A stretch of 64,000 nucleotides of DNA from an archaeon (GTDB lineage: Archaea; SpSt-1190; DYHY01), in NCBI GenBank assembly GCA_037442745.1, contig JBBIPP010000003.1, forward strand, positions 38,692-102,691, in the 5' to 3' direction. Within the stretch, counting starts at the first letter, position 1. Every line of letters begins with the position of its first letter. Shown here piece after piece: positions 1 through 7,852 of this stretch. Below the pieces are notes generated by a model, which was given only the letters and a program-made list of their open reading frames with translations, searched no databases and was not told the origin of the DNA. Both the position numbers and the translations under genes were made by a program.

Positions 1-74
1 TGCTATTGCGAATCCTGCGTCCATTTTGTTCTCTTATTTCGGGTGCTTCCGGATTTAAGTTTACTCATCGGGGT

Positions 75-1595
75 TCAGCCTTTGAGAACGCCCATTGGCC
101 GGAGCTTTGCGACAACTCCGGCAATTCCCGCCCCTCCGGAGACTCGGGCGACTTCGTCAACATCCTTGTAGCTCTCCGGCGCCTCTTCGGCTATTGACCT
201 CCGGGAGGCTGATTTGACAATAATCCCCCTGCCTTCAAGGGCTCGGACAATGTCATCCCCTCTGTTCCTCCGGAGAGACTCGCCCCTGCTCATTATTCTT
301 CCTGCGCCGTGGGCGGTCGAGCTGAAGCTCTTCTCATGAGAAGTAGTTTTCCCCACAAGGACGAAGCTTCCGGTTCCCATGCTTCCTGGAAGTATTGCCG
401 GCTGGCCGACCGCGCGGTACTCCTCTGGGAGCTCCTTTCTTCCGGGGCCAAGAGCCCTAGTCGCCCCCTTCCTGTGAAGGTAGCATTTCCGCCCCGAGTG
501 CTCTTCTATTTTCGCAATGTTGTGACAGACGTCGTAGAGGAGGGTCATTCCGAGCTTTTCCGCATCCGCCCTGAAAACTTCGGAGAACGCGTCCCTTATT
601 CCTGACGTTATCTCCTGCCTGTTTGCGAAAGCGAAATTGACTGCTCCCGACATTGCCGAGAAATAACTTTCGCATTCCTTCGAGTGTGCGGGCGCATATG
701 CTAGCTCCCTATCCGGGAGTCTTGAGAGCTCTTCTGGAAATTTCCCCTCAATTGCGCGCAAATAGTCTGAACATGTCTGGTGCCCCAGTCCCCTTGATCC
801 GCAGTGAACCATTATAACTGCCTGGCCTTCTTCGAAGGAGAATGCTTTCGCGCTCTTGGGGTCGAGAATTTCTGATACCCTTTGGATTTCCAGGAAATGG
901 TTTCCTGCCCCTAGTGTCCCTAGCTGGTCTTTTCCCCGCTTTTTCGCATTGTCAGATACCTTGTCTGCGCGGGCGGAGGTCATTCTTCCTCTCTCCTCGC
1001 AAAATTTGGAATCCCCGCGAAGCAGGGGCTTGGAGAGTGCTTTTGAAAATATTCCCTCTTCCAGCACGCTGTCAATTTCCTTATTGGAAAGCTTTCTTTT
1101 CGATCCTCTTCCTACGCCGGAAGGCACCCTTTTGTTCAGGGCCTCGAGAAGGGGCTTTATTTTCTGGAAAACGTCCTCTGCCCGGAGGCAGGTTCTTATC
1201 AGACGGACACCGCAATTGATGTCATAGCCGATTCCTCCGGGGGAAATTCCGCCTGTTTCAATGTCAAGGGCAGCAACACCCCCTATCGGAAACCCGTATC
1301 CCTCGTGGGCATCTGGCAGTGCAACAGGGGGCGCTACTAGGCCCGGTAGGGTTGAGATGTTTGAGAGTTGCCGAAGGGTCCGGTCGTTTCTCATTTTCTC
1401 TAAAAGAAGCTCGCTTGCAATCAGGCGCGAGTGGGAGTTCATCCCGGCAACGGCTCCTTTGGGAATAATCCATTCGAATTCCGATGCCCGCTCAATTGGA
1501 ATATCTCTCGAATCGCTTGGAGTTTTCCGGCGGGGTTCCCGGCAGGGTTCCCGGCAGGGTTCTTTTTTGCTTTCGGTTGGGATGTTTGAATCCAT
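75..1595 (-). CDS. rtcB: RtcB RNA-splicing ligase
   Basis: Motifs LPDAHEGYGFPIGG, GYDINCGVRL, GNHFLE, HCGSRG, HNIAK, HRKGAT and HGAGR; adjacent to archease. Confidence 0.96.
   Translation of the reverse strand: MDSNIPTESKKEPCREPCREPRRKTPSDSRDIPIERASEFEWIIPKGAVAGMNSHSRLIASELLLEKMRNDRTLRQLSNISTLPGLVAPPVALPDAHEGYGFPIGGVAALDIETGGISPGGIGYDINCGVRLIRTCLRAEDVFQKIKPLLEALNKRVPSGVGRGSKRKLSNKEIDSVLEEGIFSKALSKPLLRGDSKFCEERGRMTSARADKVSDNAKKRGKDQLGTLGAGNHFLEIQRVSEILDPKSAKAFSFEEGQAVIMVHCGSRGLGHQTCSDYLRAIEGKFPEELSRLPDRELAYAPAHSKECESYFSAMSGAVNFAFANRQEITSGIRDAFSEVFRADAEKLGMTLLYDVCHNIAKIEEHSGRKCYLHRKGATRALGPGRKELPEEYRAVGQPAILPGSMGTGSFVLVGKTTSHEKSFSSTAHGAGRIMSRGESLRRNRGDDIVRALEGRGIIVKSASRRSIAEEAPESYKDVDEVARVSGGAGIAGVVAKLRPMGVLKG
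1527..1562. repeat. In-frame 12-bp tandem repeat (CCGGCAGGGTTC x3, one mismatch) in the rtcB 5' extension
   Basis: Seen directly; encodes EPCR-EPCR-EPRR. Confidence 0.8.
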
Positions 1596-1667
1596 TTGTG
1601 TTTTCGGACAATGAGGAACGTGGCTATAAGGGTTTCTTTATTCCGTAGCGGTGCGCCCGACCATCAG

Positions 1668-2153
1668 TCAGATGTCAAGTAACGCTCTGCAGACAACTGA
1701 CCCGTCCTTTTTGCGAACAACTGACATTCCGTGATATGTGACTGCCTTGACAATGTATATTGCTTCGTGCTTTTTCTCGGAAATCCGCTCGCCGTATGCG
1801 ATGCAGTCGAACTCGCCAGCTTTTCTTTTCTTGACCGAGAACTTGGAGAAAAACATCCTTTCAGAATCCGCGAGGAAAATGAGCCTGTCCAAAAAGTCGT
1901 AGAGAACGGTTATCTCGTCGCCCCTTGGGGAGATTGTGAATTTCCTCTTTTTATTCGGGGAAACGAGCGAGAGATTCGTCATTCCCGAGAATGCCGCGAG
2001 CCCCGCGTTTTCAAGGGCAGTTTCAAAGTCTTTTCCGTTCGACTCGAACTCGAGATCGGTAGTGTGCCTGAGGAACCGGAACCTACTTTCTCTTTTTCCT
2101 TTTCGGCTTGAGCTTGGCTTTTTCTTCAATTTTTTCCGCCTCCCCTGCAACAA
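1668..2153 (-). CDS. Archease (RtcB cofactor)
   Basis: FRFLRHTTD near the N-terminus, VKAVTYHGM and terminal LLDI; next to rtcB. Start is uncertain (TTG overlapping the upstream gene). Confidence 0.9.
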   Translation of the reverse strand: MLQGRRKKLKKKPSSSRKGKRESRFRFLRHTTDLEFESNGKDFETALENAGLAAFSGMTNLSLVSPNKKRKFTISPRGDEITVLYDFLDRLIFLADSERMFFSKFSVKKRKAGEFDCIAYGERISEKKHEAIYIVKAVTYHGMSVVRKKDGSVVCRALLDI

Positions 2154-2661
2154 CGTCCGCTATTTTTTCAGTATATCTTGAGAGGTGCTTGTAGAACACC
2201 TTTCCCGAATCCCAAAAGAGCGAAAGCGAGAAAATCAGGAATGCGAAAAATATTATTGTCGCAAGAGTAGGACCGGCAACTGGTATAAGGGCAATTGTTC
2301 CGGGAATTATTGGGGTGAGGACTATCAGGAAAACCGCAATAACAACTTTCTTTATTGCCTTTCTGAAATTCGCTCCCTCGCCTTCGCGCGCAAGCCCGGT
2401 TGAGGTGAGTAAAAGTTCGGAGATCCCTTCCGCAAGTGAAACGAGGTCTTTTGAAACGGATATTGCGAAATATCCAATCACAATTATCATTGAGATTATT
2501 ATCATAAAGCCTGCTGACATGTGGGAACCGGGTATTGCTGCGCCCATGCTCTGGACTGCTGGGGAAATGAGCGTTGCAATGAACCAGATTGAGAACATTA
2601 CCGCAAGGTTGAGCATTATTCTCGGGAGCTTTTTGCGAAGTTTTTCGGAAAGTTTCTGCAT
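2083..2661 (-). CDS. Hypothetical membrane protein (about 4 TM helices)
   Basis: Hydrophobic helices begin after the ATG at 2661 (MQKLSEKLRKK); the longer ORF extension upstream looks non-proteinaceous. Confidence 0.7.
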   Translation of the reverse strand: MQKLSEKLRKKLPRIMLNLAVMFSIWFIATLISPAVQSMGAAIPGSHMSAGFMIIISMIIVIGYFAISVSKDLVSLAEGISELLLTSTGLAREGEGANFRKAIKKVVIAVFLIVLTPIIPGTIALIPVAGPTLATIIFFAFLIFSLSLFWDSGKVFYKHLSRYTEKIADVVAGEAEKIEEKAKLKPKRKKRK

Positions 2662-2696
2662 CGGTTGATTGTTGGGGAGAGGATATTTAGAGTTTT

Positions 2697-3056
2697 CTAG
2701 ACTCCGCTGGTCCGGGTCCTTATTAGTGGATTGTATAATCGGAAGCTCGGAAGAGAGGGTACGAGGTTCCCTATTGGGGCCCCCTCCCCGTCCGGAGACG
2801 CCCCCGAGACAAGGGCGCTCCCCGGAACGGGGAAGAAAGCTGACAAGGGGACTTGGGAGCGCTCGGCTGGGTTTACAATCGAGACTGTCCCGCAAGAGGA
2901 GCACTGGTGCACCCTTGTCTTGTTTCGGCTGATTCGTGTTTCCGAACCGCCTCTGCCACATCCAAAGAGGCTTGTGGTTGTGGAGGAACCTCCAACTAGC
3001 CAATACTTGCCGCATTTCCTGCAAGACTGGAGTTGGGTTGTTTCCATTCCAGACAT
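2697..3056 (-). CDS. Possible small zinc-ribbon protein
   Basis: Two CxxCG knuckles (CRKCG, CSSCG); low-complexity C-terminal half. Confidence 0.35.
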   Translation of the reverse strand: MSGMETTQLQSCRKCGKYWLVGGSSTTTSLFGCGRGGSETRISRNKTRVHQCSSCGTVSIVNPAERSQVPLSAFFPVPGSALVSGASPDGEGAPIGNLVPSLPSFRLYNPLIRTRTSGV

Positions 3057-3261
3057 TGTCCTGTCCGGGCATATAGGGAATTGGAGGGAGGAGTTTTCCG
3101 GTATTCGGCAAGGATTGTTGTTATTTTGCCTGATATTGTGGATCTGTCGTTGAAGTGTGGCAGAGGCGTAGCAGAGGTCTGAACTCGGACGAAGGAAATC
3201 TGGCTCAAGTCAGGCAGAATTGAGAAATTAATTTATTCGTTGATTTCTGTTTTCCTGCTGA

Positions 3262-3801
3262 ATGGAAATTCCCGAGCCCGGAGAAATCTACGACCCTTCG
3301 GAAGATTCCGCCCTTCTTGTGGGAGAAATCCTCTCCGGAAAATATTCGGGGGAGACTGCGTGCGACATGGGGACTGGCTCAGGAATTGTCGCAAAGGCTC
3401 TCGCAAAATTCTTCGGGAGAGTTGTTGCAGTTGACATAAATCCGAGGGCACGGGAATCGTTCTCTTGGGAGGATGCGGAAAAAATCTCCTTTGTTGAAAG
3501 CGACATGTTCTCAAAAGTCAGGAAGGAAAAGTTCGACCTGATTGCATTCAATTCCCCATACCTTCCGGGGTTCGAAGACAGGAGGTGGTCTTGCGGGGAC
3601 GGGGAAGTGCTTGTCCGGTTCCTCTCGGATGCAAAAGAGTTCCTCTCTGAAACAGGCGAAATCCTTTTTCTGGTCTCATCCCTTACGCCGGAAACCGTTC
3701 TTTCTGAGGCGAGAAAACTCTACGCAGTGTCAATTGCGTCCGAAATGCGGCTCCCGGGGTTTGAGACGCTCTTCCTCCTGAGGCTTTCCCCTATCAAGTG
3801 A
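3262..3801 (+). CDS. HemK2/N6AMT1-like SAM-dependent protein methyltransferase
   Basis: IYDPSEDS, DMGTGSG (motif I), DIN, and FNSPY (NPPY variant). Confidence 0.85.
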   Translation: MEIPEPGEIYDPSEDSALLVGEILSGKYSGETACDMGTGSGIVAKALAKFFGRVVAVDINPRARESFSWEDAEKISFVESDMFSKVRKEKFDLIAFNSPYLPGFEDRRWSCGDGEVLVRFLSDAKEFLSETGEILFLVSSLTPETVLSEARKLYAVSIASEMRLPGFETLFLLRLSPIK

Positions 3802-5416
3802 CGTTATAGAAAACGAACCCCTCGGGCGACCTTGAAACAACCCGGTCAGAGAATGTTTCCGAAATTCTCCTGCATTGGCCCTCCTCGAACGGGGGGACTG
3901 TGCACCAAAAACCGTAATCGAATACAATGCAGGGATTTCCCTCACGTATTCTGGCCGAGAGCTCGGGATTTTCAATATACCAGGGCTGCGCTGTCGAATA
4001 GCCCTCATTCGCATATAGCGAGGTTACGTGGCTCACAATTAGGCACTCATTCGGAAGGTTCCCCCTTGAAATCTCTAGGAGCGCATAATCCCTGTAATCC
4101 CGTGCCATTTTGGCTTCAGCAATTTCCGGGCCCTGTCTTGAAACTTGGGGGAATGCGTAATAGAAGGAGGATACTATCAGGAAGACTGCGAGAATTATTG
4201 CGCCGTTTCTGGAAAGAAGTCTCCCAAAGGCTCCTGCGAGGAGGGCGAGAGCCGGATAATATGAGAGGGCATATCTCACGTCCGCCCCGTATTTGACGCT
4301 TCCCGCATAGAAAAAGCAATAGAGGAGGAAGAAGGAGAGGAACGCTACTGAAAGGAAAATTGCTTGTTTTGGGAGGAAGAGCCCCTTTTTCGGGACAAGC
4401 ATTGTCGCAAGCCCGACAAGGGAGAATATTGTTAGGGAAATCGGGTGGACTGATACTTCCGGATAGCCGAAAAGGAGGAATTTCGAATTAACGGGGAATA
4501 TTTGAAGAAAATTGTCTATTGAGAATTTATCGAGATCTCCTGCTCCCCAATCGCTTCCCTTTCCAGCAATTGATATGTGGATTAGCGCTATTGAGGACAA
4601 GGCAAGGGCGAGCGCAATGGAGAGAGAAAGGTGGAGGATGTTCGCCGGAAGGCTGGCCCGCCTCCATGGGTAGAACAGAAGGGCTCCGAGATAGAAAATC
4701 GGGAAGAATAGGATTCCTTCCGCCTTTGTCTGGACGAGGAAGGAGAGGGCTGTTGAGAAGAGGAAAAGAGCCCTAAGGGAGCCGGTCTCCCTGAAAAGCA
4801 TCAGGGTGGCAAGCGAGAGGAGAAAGAAGAAGAGCATTGTCGGTTCGGCCGCGGCAGTCATTGACCATTCGATGAAAACTGGAACTGCGGAGAGCGCTCC
4901 GGCCGAGACTATTCCCGCTGACTCTTTTCCGAATAGAAGGGTCCCAGAGACGAACGCGAGAAAAATCGAGAGGGCGGGAAATATTGTCGAGATTATTAGT
5001 TGCCCCCTCTCCGCTCCGAACAGGGAGACGGCCCAGCCAAGGACGAACGGATGCGACGATGGCGCCTTGTTCATTATGCAGTCGACGCAGTCGCCCTTCT
5101 CGGCATAGTTGCACATGCATGCCTGCATTCTCTCGGCAATGTTCTTTCCGGTGTTCAGATACAAGTCCTCGTCAAAAAATATCCTGCTTGTGAGGGGGAC
5201 GAATGCCGCCCTGAAGGCAATGAATATCAGGATTATTGCGAATATTGCCGCTGCGCCCTTCCTCGACACTTTTCTCCTCAGAACCTTGTATGCGAGGCCG
5301 GAGGAAAGAGTCAGGAGGATGACAGTTATCGCGAGACCGGCATAGAGGAGAATCGGCTCTCCCCGAATTATCAAGGTTTTTTCGAATTCCGTTGCCGGAA
5401 AAAGCTCCCCAGTCAC
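3794..5416 (-). CDS. GT-C fold membrane glycosyltransferase (PMT/ArnT, GT39-like)
   Basis: Multi-TM protein; FFDEDLY loop after the first helices; TKAEG and VRYALS; end of the aglB operon. Confidence 0.75.
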   Translation of the reverse strand: MTGELFPATEFEKTLIIRGEPILLYAGLAITVILLTLSSGLAYKVLRRKVSRKGAAAIFAIILIFIAFRAAFVPLTSRIFFDEDLYLNTGKNIAERMQACMCNYAEKGDCVDCIMNKAPSSHPFVLGWAVSLFGAERGQLIISTIFPALSIFLAFVSGTLLFGKESAGIVSAGALSAVPVFIEWSMTAAAEPTMLFFFLLSLATLMLFRETGSLRALFLFSTALSFLVQTKAEGILFFPIFYLGALLFYPWRRASLPANILHLSLSIALALALSSIALIHISIAGKGSDWGAGDLDKFSIDNFLQIFPVNSKFLLFGYPEVSVHPISLTIFSLVGLATMLVPKKGLFLPKQAIFLSVAFLSFFLLYCFFYAGSVKYGADVRYALSYYPALALLAGAFGRLLSRNGAIILAVFLIVSSFYYAFPQVSRQGPEIAEAKMARDYRDYALLEISRGNLPNECLIVSHVTSLYANEGYSTAQPWYIENPELSARIREGNPCIVFDYGFWCTVPPFEEGQCRRISETFSDRVVSRSPEGFVFYNVT

Positions 5417-7137
5417 CTGCGTTTCCCGGTCCCTTTTAGCTCAATATGTATCCCTTCGGCGAACATATGGCGAGTCTTTGTGCGCTCCTGCATTTCGAGG
5501 GCTTCCCTGATATTTGAGACTATCGGGTCCCCGTGGTAGTTGAAGCTAGTGTTAAGGACGGCTCCCGTTCCGGTGGATTTCTTGACTGTTGATATCAGGC
5601 GCATGTACTCTGGGTTCTCAGACCCGACCATCTGGGGGCGGGCGGACATATCGACGTGTATTGCGGCCGCAAGCCTTTTCTCCCCGAGGAGGGAGCAGGA
5701 ATATCCCATTGTCATGAATTTGTCCTCTATTCCGTCATAGTCCGTGAAAAGCTTCTTCGCTTCGGTCGCGAGTATTGACGGACAGAAGGGTTGATACCAA
5801 TTCCTCTCCTTTATCCTCAGGTTGAGCTTGTTTTTCACGTCAATGGAGTCCGCGGGCGCGACAATGCTCCTGTTGCCAAGCGCCCTTGGGCCGTATTCCA
5901 TCCTTCCCTGGAAGAGGAAGAAATAATCGTTCTCCTTTGAGAGGATTTCGGAGGCCTCCTTCTGCCACCTTCCCTTGCGGTTGACGGACCAGGAGAATTT
6001 GTTCTTGTTTTTCTCGAGGAAATCAATTATTTCGCCCTGTCCGTTTGGGCCGGGCCCGAAATAGACTGATTTCAGTTTTTTCTTCTGGGGATTTCCGGCA
6101 ACGAAAAGCGCGGCACCCAGGGCTAGCCCGCCGTCCCCCATATGAGGGAAAACGAACCAGTCCTTCAAGGACAGTTCTGAGCGTATTCTCTGGTTGAGCT
6201 TGATGTTTGATGCAATCCCTCCCGACCACGAAATTCCCTTCGCGCCAGTCTCCTCCTGCGCATTCGAAAAAAGTCTCAGTATGTTCTTCTCGAGGGTCTC
6301 TTGGACCATTCTTGCGAAATCCTCTGGCGGAGTCCTCCATGCTAGGCGCTCTAGGAAATTGTACTGCGCTATCGGGTTCAGCTTGGCCTTGATTGAGAGG
6401 CCGTCGACTGAGAAGAGCCCTTCCATCCTGTTCCCTGTCTTGTGGGAATAGTCGGCCAAACTCATCAGTTTCCCCTCGTCTTCGAGTTCCCTCATCCCGA
6501 GGACTGTTGTCGCCTGCTCGAAGAAGATTCCTATGGAATTCCCGGCAGAAGTCTCGCCTATTCTGGCGATTTTTCCGTCCGCGCAATAGTTGACAGTTGA
6601 TGAGACTCCGTCGCCCAAACCGTCCATTGTTATGCAAACTGACTCGTCCATTCCGGAGGTGTGGTATGCCGCGGCTGCGTGGGCAACGTGGTGGTCAACG
6701 GAATGGAGCCTGAATTTTTTGAATCCCGCTTTCCTGAGAGTCCTTGTAATGTGCGCCCTGTTGACCGCTTTCAGGACGCCTCTTGGCTCTGTCGGCTGGC
6801 CGAGAGTGAACTTGAGATATCTCTGCAAATTGTGGAAACGTGGGCGGTCGATTTTCCTTCTCCTGAAAAGGTAGTATTTGTCGGCAATTATTGGAAAAAC
6901 CCGGGAGGCTGTCTTTGTCCAGTCAGTTGTCGAGAAAGCAATGTCTGTCACATCCTCTTTTTCCGCGTGCGCGAGTTCTAGGCACGCCCCTATTGATAGG
7001 TGGGGGAACCCCGAGTGGAGCTTTTTCCTTGATAGGCGCTCCTCGTTCACTGCCGAGAGTATTTTCCCGCCATAGTCTGTCAGCGCAGCGCCAGCGTCAT
7101 GCCCGTCCCATATTCCGAGAATTTTTCCTTCCGCCAT
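5413..7137 (-). CDS. O-carbamoyltransferase, NodU/CmcH/TobZ family
   Basis: GHDAGAAL, EERLSRKK, HHVAHA, DGLGD, EGKLM, GRMEYGPRALGNRSI, HVDMSARPQ and LNTSFN. Confidence 0.93.
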   Translation of the reverse strand: MAEGKILGIWDGHDAGAALTDYGGKILSAVNEERLSRKKLHSGFPHLSIGACLELAHAEKEDVTDIAFSTTDWTKTASRVFPIIADKYYLFRRRKIDRPRFHNLQRYLKFTLGQPTEPRGVLKAVNRAHITRTLRKAGFKKFRLHSVDHHVAHAAAAYHTSGMDESVCITMDGLGDGVSSTVNYCADGKIARIGETSAGNSIGIFFEQATTVLGMRELEDEGKLMSLADYSHKTGNRMEGLFSVDGLSIKAKLNPIAQYNFLERLAWRTPPEDFARMVQETLEKNILRLFSNAQEETGAKGISWSGGIASNIKLNQRIRSELSLKDWFVFPHMGDGGLALGAALFVAGNPQKKKLKSVYFGPGPNGQGEIIDFLEKNKNKFSWSVNRKGRWQKEASEILSKENDYFFLFQGRMEYGPRALGNRSIVAPADSIDVKNKLNLRIKERNWYQPFCPSILATEAKKLFTDYDGIEDKFMTMGYSCSLLGEKRLAAAIHVDMSARPQMVGSENPEYMRLISTVKKSTGTGAVLNTSFNYHGDPIVSNIREALEMQERTKTRHMFAEGIHIELKGTGKRR

Positions 7138-7848
7138 TTATCTTGAAAACGCCTCCTTTGCAATTGTCCGGAGTATTATAAATCCATCCCTGAAAGTCCG
7201 GAGATTCCCTTCCCCGTGGAGCCTGAGCTTTTCATAGCTTGGGACCTCGCAGATTTTCATTCTCTCCTTTGCCGCAAGTATTGATATCTCAGTCTCAATT
7301 CCGAACCCCCCGCTAGCGAGCTTTGGAGAAAGGGTTCGGGCCGCTTTGCGGGAGAACGCCCTGTATCCGTAGCAGAGATCTGTGTATTTCGTCCCCCAAA
7401 TAAGGTTCACGAGGAAAACGAATAACTTGTTTCCGAGAAAGCGAAGGACTGTAATGTCTCCGCTCCCGCCTCCCTGAATGAACCGTGAGCCCATCACGAC
7501 GTCAAACCCCCGTTTTTCTATCCGCTCGACCATCCTGTTTATTTCTTCCGCTGAATGGGAGAAATCTGCATCCATTATCACTATTGTCCTCCCGCGAGAG
7601 GCTTCAAGGCCCTTCTTTATCGCGGCACCCTTGCCAATTGAGTCGTATATTATTCTCGCTCCTTTTTTCCTTGCAAAGGAAACTGTCCCGTCCCTAGAAT
7701 GTCCGTCGACAACAATTATCTCGCAGTCCTTTTCCTTGACCGATTTCGAGATGTCTTCAAAGACTCTCGGGAGGTTCCTCTCCTCGTTTAGGGTAGGTAT
7801 TACTATTGAGAGCCGGGGAAGTTTTCGCTTTTTTGCCATATTTTCCAT
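7138..7848 (-). CDS. GT2 polyprenol/dolichol-phosphate glycosyltransferase (DPM1-like)
   Basis: IVIPTLNEE, VVDGHSRDGT, MDADFSH, GSRF and TDLCYGYRAF. Confidence 0.88.
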   Translation of the reverse strand: MENMAKKRKLPRLSIVIPTLNEERNLPRVFEDISKSVKEKDCEIIVVDGHSRDGTVSFARKKGARIIYDSIGKGAAIKKGLEASRGRTIVIMDADFSHSAEEINRMVERIEKRGFDVVMGSRFIQGGGSGDITVLRFLGNKLFVFLVNLIWGTKYTDLCYGYRAFSRKAARTLSPKLASGGFGIETEISILAAKERMKICEVPSYEKLRLHGEGNLRTFRDGFIILRTIAKEAFSR

Positions 7849-7852
7849 TTTT

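Noticed and set aside
2741-2930. RNase P RNA (GGAAGCTCGG resembles CR-I; TTTCGGCT could pair as P4)
   Set aside because: No ACAGAA..GCUUA CR-V context and no convincing P1/P2 helices
2662-3111. N-terminal 150 aa of the 342-aa ORF
   Set aside because: Non-protein-like sequence; the membrane protein more plausibly starts at ATG 2661
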